From: an uncultured virus (IMG/VR IMGVR_UViG_3300047320_000346)
Lineage: Duplodnaviria; Heunggongvirae; Uroviricota; Caudoviricetes
Strand: one strand, 5' to 3'
Virus record (IMG/VR): IMGVR_UViG_3300047320_000346
Length of the DNA stretch: 24,136 bases
Shown: positions 1 to 9,287 of the stretch, in pieces
How the letters are laid out: each line of letters opens with the position of its first letter
Numbering within the stretch: the stretch's first letter is position 1
The notes under the pieces: generated by a model
What the model was told of the DNA's origin: nothing
The model's input: only the letters and a program-made list of their open reading frames with translations
Databases searched by the model: none
Program-made: the position numbers and the translations under genes

Positions 1-416
1 CTCGCGAGTCCCACGACGATGTCGGCAATCATCACCTGGTAAGCCTGCTGACCTGCTTTGGTCTTGTACGCCGCCAGCACCTGGAAGCTCGATGTCGCGG
101 CGGCAGTCGGCGTGCCGCTGAGTTTGCCGTCGGCGCTCAGGGAGAGCCCCGCCGGCAGCGCGCCACTGGCCACGGACCAGCGAACACTGCTCTGACTGTA
201 CGACGGGTCTCCGAGCACCTGGAGCACCGAATTGAAATCGAAGCCTCCATACGCGCGTCCGACGACGCCCGTCGGAAGCGAATATGCGTTGAGCGTGACG
301 AGGATATTGCCCGCCGTGGCCGAACGGCTGGGAACCGGCACAACAACAAAATAGTCGGAGGCAAAGGTGGAAAAGCTTGCGGCCGCGAGCAATGCGGCAA
401 TGACGGTCTTTTTCAT
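1..416 (-). CDS. Secreted Ig-like (He_PIG-type) repeat protein, paralog 1; 3' end runs off the window
   Basis: Not in the ORF track. ATG at 416 translates by hand as MKKTVIAALLAAASFSTFASDYFVVVPVPSRSATAGNILVTLNAYSLPTGVVGRAYGGFDFNSVLQVLGDP...GALPAGLSLSADGKLSGTPT, collinear with the four neighbouring paralogs. Confidence 0.92.
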   Translation of the reverse strand, partial: MKKTVIAALLAAASFSTFASDYFVVVPVPSRSATAGNILVTLNAYSLPTGVVGRAYGGFDFNSVLQVLGDPSYSQSSVRWSVASGALPAGLSLSADGKLSGTPTAAATSSFQVLAAYKTKAGQQAYQVMIADIVVGLA

Positions 417-498
417 GGAAAGCGTGGGTGGCGTTGTCGTTGCAATGTATAGCTTCGACCGGCGTAACCAGCTGCGGCATGCCGGTCACATCGGCCGG

Positions 499-1941
499 TT
501 ATTTGGCCCAGAGGTACAGCGTCGCCGGTTGCCAGGCTCCCGGATTGTTGTTCATCCAGGACTGCCCATAATGGGAGCCATAGCCCCCTAGGCCACCGCA
601 CGCATCGTTGGACCCATTCAATGGGCTCGATGCCGGATTCTCATTGGACGACCATCCCCAGCGTGCGCCACAGGGCAAATCAGTGCCTGCGACGACGTCT
701 ACAGTCTCCATGAAGTTGAATCCGAAGCGGGACTGGGTGATGACCGTCCCAGCCGGATAAGTCGTCGCGTGAATGAACCAGTCCGGGTCAACCTGAGGCA
801 CGCCGTTGGCATCGTCGTAAAGGGTGCGGTTGGCGTCGCTGAACGCGACGAGCGGGGTCGACGCGTCGCGTGAATACGTCTTCACCGTCGACTCATTGGC
901 CGCCTGCAGCAGGTACTGCGTTGCGCTCATTCGTGCAAACGTTGCTGATACGAAGTTGCCGTCGCTCATGTTCCGCCCGGCCGCAGTGTCGTTAAGCACC
1001 GCTCCGGTCGTCCAGTAGGTCGTATCCCCCTCGAGCGTGGCCCCGTCGCCCTGCGCCTGTTTCATCAGCAACGTCCATCCGCCGCCATTCGTCGTCTGGT
1101 TGCAATACACGTCCGTTGCCGCGCCGCTGACACTGATGCGATACACACCGTCACCGGTCGCTCCGGAATAGACGTAAGGCGCGCTCGGCGCCAGGTACGC
1201 CTGGCAGCTCGCCGCGTACGTGCCGTCCGACCATGCGCGATAGCTTCCGTTGTTCACGACGTTCGCTTGAACCGACAGGCTGTAATTCGCCGAGCTCGAA
1301 CCCTCCTGATAGCTCGCCTTGAGGGTGAAAGGAAAAGTTCCTGCTGCGGTTGGCGTTCCGGTGAGCTTTCCATCGGCGCCGAGCTGCACCCCGGCGGGCA
1401 ACGCACCGCCGCTCAGCGACCAGCCTACCAACGTCGGCGAGTATTGAGGGTCACCCGTAACCTGGAGATTCGGCTTCACGTCCCAGCTGTAGGCCGCTCC
1501 CGCCACGCCGCCGAGAAGGGTCGCCCCAGCCAGGCTCACGACAAGCTCCGCCACAAGCACCTGATAGCTTTGCTGGCCTGCCTTGGTCTTGTAGGCGGCC
1601 ATGACCTGAAAGCTCGATGATGCCGCCGCGGTCGGAGTGCCTGAGAGCTTTCCGTCCGCGCCAAGTAGGAGGCCCGCTGGCAATGTGCCCCCCACCACGG
1701 ACCAGCGAACACTTCCCGGCGTGTACGCGGGGTCACCGAGTACCTGCAAGACAGTGTTGAAGTCGAAGCCCCCATATGGGCGGCCGACAACGCCAGCCGC
1801 CAACGAATAGCCGTTGAGCGTGACGAGAATATTGCCCGAGCTCGCTGCCCGGTTTGGCACCGGAACGACGACGAAATAGTCGGCGGCGAAAGCAGAGAAA
1901 CTGGAGGCGGCTAGCAACGTCGCGAGAATGGACTTCTTCAT
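499..1941 (-). CDS. Secreted Ig-repeat protein (2 repeats) with fibrinogen-related C-terminal domain, paralog 2, 480 aa
   Basis: Start reassigned to MKKSILATLL at 1941 by alignment with the paralogs. Two G.LPAG..L.ADGKL.GTPT repeats. Tip contains SCQAYL...GDGVYRI...DVYCNQTTNGGGWTLLMK. Confidence 0.92.
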   Translation of the reverse strand: MKKSILATLLAASSFSAFAADYFVVVPVPNRAASSGNILVTLNGYSLAAGVVGRPYGGFDFNTVLQVLGDPAYTPGSVRWSVVGGTLPAGLLLGADGKLSGTPTAAASSSFQVMAAYKTKAGQQSYQVLVAELVVSLAGATLLGGVAGAAYSWDVKPNLQVTGDPQYSPTLVGWSLSGGALPAGVQLGADGKLTGTPTAAGTFPFTLKASYQEGSSSANYSLSVQANVVNNGSYRAWSDGTYAASCQAYLAPSAPYVYSGATGDGVYRISVSGAATDVYCNQTTNGGGWTLLMKQAQGDGATLEGDTTYWTTGAVLNDTAAGRNMSDGNFVSATFARMSATQYLLQAANESTVKTYSRDASTPLVAFSDANRTLYDDANGVPQVDPDWFIHATTYPAGTVITQSRFGFNFMETVDVVAGTDLPCGARWGWSSNENPASSPLNGSNDACGGLGGYGSHYGQSWMNNNPGAWQPATLYLWAK

Positions 1942-2003
1942 TGAGTAGACGACTGGCAAGAAAGGGTATGCGATGTATAGAGAAATCTGCTTCAGCGAAT
2001 CAC

Positions 2004-2031
2004 AAGAAGGGAGGCTTGAGCCTCCCTTCTT
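2004..2031. terminator. Intrinsic terminator after paralog 3
   Basis: Perfect inverted repeat AAGAAGGGAGGCT-tg-AGCCTCCCTTCTT, 14 nt past the stop at 2046. Confidence 0.85.
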
Positions 2032-2045
2032 AGACTCACGGCCGC

Positions 2046-4550
2046 TTACCTCACCCACATCGTGAAGTTGCAATTGGCGCCATCGCCAGTGCAATAGGTC
2101 GATGTGCTTCCTGTGTAGTTGGTCGTATTGATACCCAACGACCAGCCACCCGCGCTCCGGTTGGTCGAGAAATACGTATTCCACGCACCTCCGTCGTCGG
2201 AGATGCCGTAGTAGAACGTCTGACTCAGGTTGGCCGCACGCATAGGCCCCGTGAACGAAGTTGTCGCGTAGGTGATGGTCGGCGGCGTGCCGGTCATCGC
2301 CTGCGTGAGAAGGGTCGTATGCGAATAGGCGAACGGAGCGACGAACCGCGTCTGGGCGATGACGCCATCCGACTTCAGGCGATAAAGCCCTCCATTGCGC
2401 ACCAGATTTATTGTTGCGTCGTCCAGCTTGAAGGTCATGCCGGTCGACGCATCAGTGGCCGCGGAGCGCGTCACATTAAGCGCGGCGGCAGTGCTCCATC
2501 CTGTGATGTACCCACCGAGACCACGCATCACCAGTGTCCAGCCTCCGCCATCGGAGGTCATGTCGCAGTACGCGTCGGTTAGCGACGCACCAGTTTGCAA
2601 ACGATATACGCCGTTGCCGGTTGCACCGGAATAGAGGTGACCTGCAGGGGCATTCAGGTACGCTTTGCAACTCGCGGCGTACGTGTTGTCCGACCAGGCC
2701 CGGTAGCCGGAGAACTGCGAAAGAACTTGCGTGACTGGGAGCGTGAAGCTTTGCGTCGCGGACTTCCCCTTGTAGAGCGCCTTCACTTGCACCGGGTTCG
2801 TACCCTTCGCGTTCGGCGTGCCGGTAACGGTACCGTTGGCGTTAAGCGTCATACCTGTGGGCAGCGCGCCACCCGCAATCGACCAGGTCACATTGGAGCC
2901 ATTGCCGGCATACCCGGCATCGCCTGTGACGGTCAGATTGGGCTTGAGGTCCCAGCCCGTGTACGACTGCCCAATCGTGGCGCCCGGCGGCGTCGACGTT
3001 GTGGCCGACAAAGTAACAGTGATGGCCCCGACTACGACGGCATAAGCTTGTTGGCCGGATTGCGTCTTGTAGGCGGCCTGAATTGTGAACGGTGCACTTC
3101 CGTCGCTCTCCGCACTCGGTGTTCCCGAGATAACACCATTCGCGCTCAGACTCAGCCCCGCGGGCAGACTGCCGGATGCAACGCTCCACGTAATCCCCGA
3201 GCCGCTATACGCGGCGTCACCTGCGATGTTGAGTTGGGGCTTAAGGTCGAAGCTGTACGCTGCACCCTGCTCACCCGCAGGAAGCGCTGCGCCGCCCAGC
3301 GCCACTGTGATGGCCCCGACGACAATCGAATAGTTTTGCTGGCCGGATTTCGTCTTGTAGGCTGCCTGAACCGTGAACGGTGTGCCGGTGCTGGAGTCCG
3401 TCGGCGTACCGCCGATGACGCCACTCGAACTGAGGCTCAAGCCCGCAGGCAGTGCGCCAGACACCACCGTCCAAGTGACACCCGAGCCATCGTAGGCGGT
3501 GTCACCCGCGATATTGAGTTTGGGCTTCAGGTCGTACGTGTAGGCCGCGCCCTGCACACCGCCGGGAAGCGCTGCTCCAGTGAGCACGACCGTGATGGCC
3601 CCTACCAGAATGGAGTAGCTCTGCTGTCCCGTTTTTGTCTTATAGGTCGCCTGGATAGTGAACGGCGCGCCGACGCTTTCTGCTGTCGGCACGCCGGAAA
3701 TGACGCCATCCGTGCTCAGGCTCAGGCCTGCGGGCAGGTCGCCCGACGATACGCTCCACATGACGCCCGCCCCTGCGTAGGCCGCGTCTCCGGAGATACC
3801 CAGCTTGGGCTTCAGGTCGTAGGTATATGTCGTACCCTGGACGCCGTTGGGCATTGCGGCGCTATTCAGCGCGACCGTGATGGCGCCAACGATGACCTGA
3901 TAGTCCTGCTGTCCGGCGCTGTTCAGGTAGCTCGCCTTCACCGCGAATGGGAACGTACCTTCCGCGGCCGGCACGCCGGTCAACGTGCCGTCGTTGTTCA
4001 GCGTGAGGCCCGCCGGCAGACTGCCGATGCTCGACCACGTGACCTGTCCCGGCGTGTATTGCGGGTCCCCGCTCACGCTCAGTCGTGTCTTGAAGTCGTA
4101 ACTATAGGCGGCACCCTGTTCACCGTTGGGCATCGCCGAACTCGACAGCGCAATTGTTACTGCGGCAACCTGGACCTGGTATTGCTGCGCTCCGGCCTTG
4201 GTCTTGTAGGTTGCGAGCACCTGGAACGAGGACGAGCCGCTCGCCGTCGGAACACCGGTCAGCTTGCCACTCGAACTCAATGTCAGTCCGGGAGGCAGCG
4301 CGCCGGCCGACCAGCGCACGCTCGATGCGACAAAGTTAGGGTCTCCTTTGACCTGCAGCACTGAATTGAAATCGAAACCTGCGTACCCGCGGCCGACTAC
4401 ACCAGCCGGCAGCGTGTAGCCGTTGAGCGTCACGAGGATATTGCCCGATGTGGCCGTTCGACTCGGCACCGGCACGACGACGTAGTAGCCCGAGGCCAGC
4501 GCAGAAAAACTGGTGACCGCCAGAAGTGCGGAGAGAATGGTTTTCTTCAT
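2046..4550 (-). CDS. Secreted Ig-repeat protein (6 repeats) with divergent fibrinogen-related C-terminal domain, paralog 3, 834 aa
   Basis: Start MKKTILSALL at 4550; six ~95 aa repeats; tip with SCKAYL...YCDMTSDGGGWTLV, ending FTMWVR. Confidence 0.93.
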   Translation of the reverse strand: MKKTILSALLAVTSFSALASGYYVVVPVPSRTATSGNILVTLNGYTLPAGVVGRGYAGFDFNSVLQVKGDPNFVASSVRWSAGALPPGLTLSSSGKLTGVPTASGSSSFQVLATYKTKAGAQQYQVQVAAVTIALSSSAMPNGEQGAAYSYDFKTRLSVSGDPQYTPGQVTWSSIGSLPAGLTLNNDGTLTGVPAAEGTFPFAVKASYLNSAGQQDYQVIVGAITVALNSAAMPNGVQGTTYTYDLKPKLGISGDAAYAGAGVMWSVSSGDLPAGLSLSTDGVISGVPTAESVGAPFTIQATYKTKTGQQSYSILVGAITVVLTGAALPGGVQGAAYTYDLKPKLNIAGDTAYDGSGVTWTVVSGALPAGLSLSSSGVIGGTPTDSSTGTPFTVQAAYKTKSGQQNYSIVVGAITVALGGAALPAGEQGAAYSFDLKPQLNIAGDAAYSGSGITWSVASGSLPAGLSLSANGVISGTPSAESDGSAPFTIQAAYKTQSGQQAYAVVVGAITVTLSATTSTPPGATIGQSYTGWDLKPNLTVTGDAGYAGNGSNVTWSIAGGALPTGMTLNANGTVTGTPNAKGTNPVQVKALYKGKSATQSFTLPVTQVLSQFSGYRAWSDNTYAASCKAYLNAPAGHLYSGATGNGVYRLQTGASLTDAYCDMTSDGGGWTLVMRGLGGYITGWSTAAALNVTRSAATDASTGMTFKLDDATINLVRNGGLYRLKSDGVIAQTRFVAPFAYSHTTLLTQAMTGTPPTITYATTSFTGPMRAANLSQTFYYGISDDGGAWNTYFSTNRSAGGWSLGINTTNYTGSTSTYCTGDGANCNFTMWVR

Positions 4551-4597
4551 GGTACGCAGAACAAGAATAGGTGCTAGGTATAGGGAAATGAACTCGC

Positions 4598-4632
4598 AAA
4601 AAAGCGCCCACGACTCAATCGCGGGCGCCTTT
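4598..4632 (-). terminator. Intrinsic terminator after paralog 4
   Basis: GCGCCCACGA-ctcaa-TCGCGGGCGC stem with A6 on the left, which is a U-tract on the minus strand. Confidence 0.8.
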
Positions 4633-4643
4633 AACTGCACCGG

Positions 4644-7172
4644 TCACCTGACCTTCATCTCGGTTTTCACCATGGACTCGTACTGGCCTGTCCAGGTGTT
4701 CCATTCCATACCGTCGGCATACGACGTGTGGACACCATTGAGATAACCGCCATTCAGATTCGACTGGTGGCAGGAGTTGTACCACCAGGCACCATGGAAC
4801 GTGACCGCGCAGTTTTCCGGATACAGGTCGTGGTCGACGTCCTGAGTCGTGAACTGCATGCCGTTCTGATAGGTCAGCGAATCACCAATCGTGCCTCCCG
4901 AATACGTCAAGGAGAGGCGGTAGGCATCCGCCGCCGTAGCGACCTTGAACCCTGCGTACTTGGCATAACCCGTCGCGCCGGTATATCGCGTCAGGTCGAT
5001 GCGCAAGGTAGGCCCCGCTGCTGTGAGCGCGGCCAGCCGGTCGTTACCCATCCAGTATTCGGTCGCTGCGGTACCAAAGCCCGCCGCGTAAGCTGCGTAG
5101 GTCTGGTAGAAATTGACCGCGCCATTCGTGCGCCGTTGGAACACGGTCCACCCGCCGCCGTCGTTCGTCATGTCACACACGACGTCCACGGGCGTGAGCG
5201 CCCCCGACCCGTCCACGTCAATACGATAGATGCCGTCGCCCGTGGCACCGGTGTACGCATAACCCGTCTTGCCGTTGAGATATTCCAGGCAGTTCTTTGC
5301 ATACGTCCCATCGGACCATGCACGGTAGCCCGTGTTTTGTGCGATGCCCGCGGTGTACGGAATGGTGTAGCTCTGGTTGGCCGACTGGCTCTTGTAGGCG
5401 GCCGTGACCTGGACCGGGTTGGTACCCGAGGCCGTCGGCGTGCCAGTCACCGTGCCATTACTGTTGAGCGCAAGTCCCGAAGGCAGCTTGCCGCTCAAGA
5501 CGGACCAGGTGACCCCAGTGCCATTGCCTGCATATCCGGCGTCGTTGGTAATCGACAAATTGGGCTTGATGTCCCAGCCATTTCCGCTGTTATAGGCCGA
5601 ACCGTACGCCGCCGACGGCGGCGTGCTGCCCGTCAGGGTCACGACGATAGCGCCCACAAGAATCGCGTAGCTCTGCTGGCCCGACTTCGTCTTGTAGGCG
5701 GCCTGGACAACGAACGGCGTGCCGGTGCTGGCATCCGTCGGTGTGCCGGAGATGACGCCGTCGGCGCTCAGGCTCAGACCAGGCGGCAGCGTGCCAGAGG
5801 CAACGCTCCATGTGACGCCCGCGCCCGCGTATGCCGCGTCACCCGCAATGTTGAGTTTAGGCTTCAGGTCATAGCTGTATGCCGCGCCGTGCACGCCGCC
5901 AGGAAGCGACGCGCCAGTAAGAGCCACCGTAATGGAGCCAACAATAATCGCGTAGCTCTGCTGGCCGGATTTCGTTTTATAGGATGCCTGAATCGTGAAC
6001 GGCGTACCGGTGCTTGCATCCGTCGGCGTGCCGGAGATGACCCCGTCCGTGCTCAGGCTCAGCCCCGCCGGAAGCGCGCCGGAGGCAATGCTCCAGGTCA
6101 CGCCCGCGCCCGAATAGGCTCCGTCACCTGCGATGCTGAGTTTGGGCTTCAGGTCATAGCTGTACGCCGCGCCCTGCTCTCCCGAAGGGAGTGTTGCGCC
6201 GCCCAGCGCCACTGTGATGGCCCCGACGAAAATTGAGTAGGCCTGCTGGCCCGACTTAGTTTTATAGGCGGCCTGAATGGTGAACGGTGTACCAGTGCTT
6301 TCGGCTGTCGGGGTGCCTGAGACGACGCCATCAGCGCTCAGGCTCAAGCCCAAGGGCAGGCTGCCCGAGGCCACACCCCAGGTGACGCCCGAGCCCGTGT
6401 AGGCCGTATCACCGGAAATGCCCAGCTTGGGCTTCAGGTCATAGCTGTAGGCAACACCTTGCGCGCCGACAGGAAGCGTGGCGCTCGACAGTGCGACAGT
6501 AATAGCGCCGACGATGACCTGATAGTCCTGTTGCCCGGCACTATTCAGATAGCTCGCCTTCACAGTGAAAGGGAACGTGCCTTCCGCCGTGGGAACGCCT
6601 GTGAGGGTGCCATCGGTGTGCAGCGTGAGCCCGGCAGGCAAGCTGCCAATGCTCGACCAGGTGACCTGGTTTGGCGTGTATTGCGGGTCGCCGCTCACGC
6701 TCAAACGGGTCTTGAAATCATAGCTGAACGACGCCCCCTGCTCCGCCGAAGGCATCGCCGAATTCGAGAGCGCCACGGTCACAGCGGTAACCAGGACCTG
6801 GTATTGCTGCGCGCCGGCCTTCGTCTTGTATGCCGCGAGCACTTGGAAGCTCGAGGAGCCACCCGTCGCCGGCACACCGCTCAGCTTGCCGCTCGAACTC
6901 AAAGTCAAGCCGGGCGGCAGCGCGCCGGCCGACCAGCGCACGCTTGATGCGACATAGTTCGGGTCGCCTTTGACCTGCAAAACCGTGTTGAAATCGAAAC
7001 CTGGATACGCTCGGCCAACAATTCCCGACGGCAGCGAGTAGGCATTGAGCGCGACGAGGATGTTGCCCGCCGTTGCCGTGCGGTTCGGCACCGGCACAAC
7101 AACAAAATACTGGGTCGCGAACGCCGGCAGCACGCAGCCGGCCAACAGCGCTGCAAGGATGGTCTTCTTCAT
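4644..7172 (-). CDS. Secreted Ig-repeat protein (6 repeats) with canonical fibrinogen C-terminal (FReD, ficolin-like) domain, paralog 4, 842 aa
   Basis: Start MKKTILAALL at 7172. Tip has CDMTNDGGGWTVFQRR, GFG, EYWMGND, NGMQFTTQDVDHD, NCA, GAWWYNSCHQSNLNG and EMKVR. Confidence 0.94.
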   Translation of the reverse strand: MKKTILAALLAGCVLPAFATQYFVVVPVPNRTATAGNILVALNAYSLPSGIVGRAYPGFDFNTVLQVKGDPNYVASSVRWSAGALPPGLTLSSSGKLSGVPATGGSSSFQVLAAYKTKAGAQQYQVLVTAVTVALSNSAMPSAEQGASFSYDFKTRLSVSGDPQYTPNQVTWSSIGSLPAGLTLHTDGTLTGVPTAEGTFPFTVKASYLNSAGQQDYQVIVGAITVALSSATLPVGAQGVAYSYDLKPKLGISGDTAYTGSGVTWGVASGSLPLGLSLSADGVVSGTPTAESTGTPFTIQAAYKTKSGQQAYSIFVGAITVALGGATLPSGEQGAAYSYDLKPKLSIAGDGAYSGAGVTWSIASGALPAGLSLSTDGVISGTPTDASTGTPFTIQASYKTKSGQQSYAIIVGSITVALTGASLPGGVHGAAYSYDLKPKLNIAGDAAYAGAGVTWSVASGTLPPGLSLSADGVISGTPTDASTGTPFVVQAAYKTKSGQQSYAILVGAIVVTLTGSTPPSAAYGSAYNSGNGWDIKPNLSITNDAGYAGNGTGVTWSVLSGKLPSGLALNSNGTVTGTPTASGTNPVQVTAAYKSQSANQSYTIPYTAGIAQNTGYRAWSDGTYAKNCLEYLNGKTGYAYTGATGDGIYRIDVDGSGALTPVDVVCDMTNDGGGWTVFQRRTNGAVNFYQTYAAYAAGFGTAATEYWMGNDRLAALTAAGPTLRIDLTRYTGATGYAKYAGFKVATAADAYRLSLTYSGGTIGDSLTYQNGMQFTTQDVDHDLYPENCAVTFHGAWWYNSCHQSNLNGGYLNGVHTSYADGMEWNTWTGQYESMVKTEMKVR

Positions 7173-7201
7173 GAGTGAAGTTGGAAAATGTGGCGATGCG
7201 T

Positions 7202-7230
7202 GGTATAGCTTTATATTACCATTTTGTCGA
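7202..7230 (-). promoter_or_regulatory. Putative promoter of paralog 4 (CTATAC class)
   Basis: Minus strand TCGACA-17 nt-TATACC, ~30 nt before ATG. Confidence 0.6.
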
Positions 7231-7261
7231 GTAAACACTAACGCCTCCGACAAGGACAACG

Positions 7262-7287
7262 AAAAAGGAGGCGCTTGCGCCTCCTTT
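7262..7287 (-). terminator. Intrinsic terminator after paralog 5
   Basis: AAAAAGGAGGCGC-tt-GCGCCTCCTTT. Confidence 0.85.
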
Positions 7288-7309
7288 GCGTTCACGCACG
7301 CTGGTTTGG

Positions 7310-9043
7310 TTACTTGCCCCAAAGGTAGAGCGTCGCGGGGTTCCAGGCGCCTTTGTTGTTGTTCATAAACTCGGAACCATACGCAACACCCCATCCGCCG
7401 AGACCACCACAGGCGTCATGGCTGCCGTCCGAGGTCGTCGTATCCTGGTTGCCGGCCCAACCCCAGCGCGCCGCGCATCGGATTCCTGTCGGGTCTCCCG
7501 CCGTCCAGGTCTCGCTGAAGTTGAATCCGAAGCGCGCCGACGACAGCGGTGCGCCCGTCGGATAAGTCGTGGTGTGAAGGAACCAGTTCGGCGCCGACGG
7601 GAAATAGACGTTCACCGGGTCGGAATATCGGGACAGATTTGCATTGCTGAATGCAGTCTGTGCCGTCATCGAACTCGGGTTCGCACGCTTTTGCGTCGTG
7701 CTCTCGTTGCTAGCCTGAAGCTTGAGCTGGCTCGTCGGGAAGGCCGCAAAAGCCACCGAAACAAGATTGGCGTCGTTCATGTTCAGGTTCGAGACGGTGT
7801 CATTCAGGCGCGTGCCGCTCGTCCAGTAGGTGGTATCTCCCTGCAACGTTGCGCCGTCACCTGCGGCCTGCTTCATGAGCAGAATCCAGCCACCGCCATC
7901 GTTGACCATGTCGCAGTAGACATCCATCAGCGTGCCCGAAGGCTTGATGCGATAGACGCCGTTTCCTGTGGCTCCCGTATAGAAATACGGCGCGGTGGGC
8001 GACAGATAGCCCTGACAGCTAGCCGCGTATGTGCCGTCGGACCAGGTCCGAAAGCCGCCGTTGTCCTTGAGGTTGGCCGTCACCGACATGCTGTAGGTCG
8101 CCGGCGGAGAGGATTTTGTCTTGTATCCCGCCGTCACCGTGATGCTCGAGGAGCCGACAGCCGTCGGCGTGCCAGAGATGCGGCCGTCAGAGCCCAGCGA
8201 CAGCCCGGCGGGCAGCGCGCCACTGAGATTCCAGTTCACGTTCGCGCCGTCGCCTGCGTAGGCGGCGTCTCCCGAAATGGTCAGGTTCTGCTTGAGGTCA
8301 TAGGTAAGCGCCGTGCCCGCCGTCAATGACGGGAGCGCTGCACTCTTCAGGCTGACCGAGATGGCGCCCACGATGACCTGATAGCTCTGCTGGCCCGTCT
8401 TCGACAGGTAGCTCGCCTTGATGTTGACCGGATAGGTCCCTTCCGCGTCGGGTACGCCCGTAATCGTGCCATTTGCGTTGAGCTGCAGCCCGGAAGGAAG
8501 CGCGCCGCTCGCGACCGTCCAGGAAACCTGCGCAGGCGTATATTGCGCATCACCCGTCACATTCAGACGGGACTTCAGGTCATAGCTGTATTGCGCACCC
8601 TGCACGCCGGCCGGCATCGCGGAATCGGCTGCCAGGACAATGCTGACGTCGCTGACTAGGACCTGATAGGCCTGCTCTCCAGCCTTCGTCTTGTACGCCG
8701 CCATCACCTGGAAGCTCGAGGTTGCAGCCGCGGTCGGGAAACCGGTAAGCTTGCCGTCTGCACCCAGGCTCAGACCTGCGGGCAGCGCGCCAGTTACCAC
8801 CGACCAGCGTACGCTGTTCGCGCTGTAACCGGGGTCTCCGAGCACCTGAAGCACGGAATTGAAATCGAATCCGGCGTACGCACGGCCGACAACGCCCGCT
8901 GGCAACGAGTAGCCGTTGAGCGTTACCAGGATGTTGCCGGCGGTCGCCGAGCGATTTGGCACCGGCACCACGACGAAATAGTCGGATGCAAGGACAGACA
9001 TGCTGCTCACCGCCAGCAAGGCGGCGATAATGGTTTTCTTCAT
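7310..9043 (-). CDS. Secreted Ig-repeat protein (3 repeats) with fibrinogen-related C-terminal domain, paralog 5, 577 aa
   Basis: Signal peptide MKKTIIAALLAVSSMSVLA and three repeats. Tip is clearly homologous to the paralog 2 tip (LLMKQA.GDGATL.GDTTYWT, RFGFNF, DACGGLGG, W.PATLYLW.K). Confidence 0.94.
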   Translation of the reverse strand: MKKTIIAALLAVSSMSVLASDYFVVVPVPNRSATAGNILVTLNGYSLPAGVVGRAYAGFDFNSVLQVLGDPGYSANSVRWSVVTGALPAGLSLGADGKLTGFPTAAATSSFQVMAAYKTKAGEQAYQVLVSDVSIVLAADSAMPAGVQGAQYSYDLKSRLNVTGDAQYTPAQVSWTVASGALPSGLQLNANGTITGVPDAEGTYPVNIKASYLSKTGQQSYQVIVGAISVSLKSAALPSLTAGTALTYDLKQNLTISGDAAYAGDGANVNWNLSGALPAGLSLGSDGRISGTPTAVGSSSITVTAGYKTKSSPPATYSMSVTANLKDNGGFRTWSDGTYAASCQGYLSPTAPYFYTGATGNGVYRIKPSGTLMDVYCDMVNDGGGWILLMKQAAGDGATLQGDTTYWTSGTRLNDTVSNLNMNDANLVSVAFAAFPTSQLKLQASNESTTQKRANPSSMTAQTAFSNANLSRYSDPVNVYFPSAPNWFLHTTTYPTGAPLSSARFGFNFSETWTAGDPTGIRCAARWGWAGNQDTTTSDGSHDACGGLGGWGVAYGSEFMNNNKGAWNPATLYLWGK

Positions 9044-9071
9044 CGCGGGGTAATCGGTTAGGATAGTCTTT

Positions 9072-9100
9072 GGTATAGCATTATATATGCTTTTTGTCTA
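9072..9100 (-). promoter_or_regulatory. Putative promoter of paralog 5 (CTATAC class)
   Basis: Minus strand TAGACA-17 nt-TATACC, ~29 nt before ATG. Confidence 0.6.
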
Positions 9101-9237
9101 TTCGGACCCTAGGCCATCCTTGACCCCGACTTGCGGGGCGCGGATTTTCAGCTCTTGTTGCTCGCCCTCAGGTGCTTGAGTCGACGAAAAGCACCCGGAA
9201 AGCGGTTCCGCAGCGATATTTCCCCTGGGAAAAAGCG

Positions 9238-9264
9238 AAAAGAGGAGGCTCAGCCTCCCCTTTT
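9238..9264 (-). terminator. Intrinsic terminator after the remnant gene
   Basis: AAAAGAGGAGGCT-c-AGCCTCCCCTTTT; resembles the hairpins at 2004 and 7262. Confidence 0.75.
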
Positions 9265-9287
9265 GCGCCGAAATTTGCGTTACCGGC

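Noticed and set aside
2760..6950. CRISPR-like or non-coding repeat array
   Set aside because: The repeats are ~285 nt degenerate in-frame coding units without unique spacers.
1942..7394. N-terminal extensions of the Ig ORFs in the track (starts at 2184, 4640, 7394)
   Set aside because: They cross terminators or neighbouring genes; the aligned MKK signal-peptide starts are at 1941, 4550 and 7172.
2595..8329. Long plus-strand ORFs (2595-4364, 4728-6236, 7286-8329)
   Set aside because: Antisense shadows of the GC-rich Ig genes; Arg-rich and without protein-like motifs.
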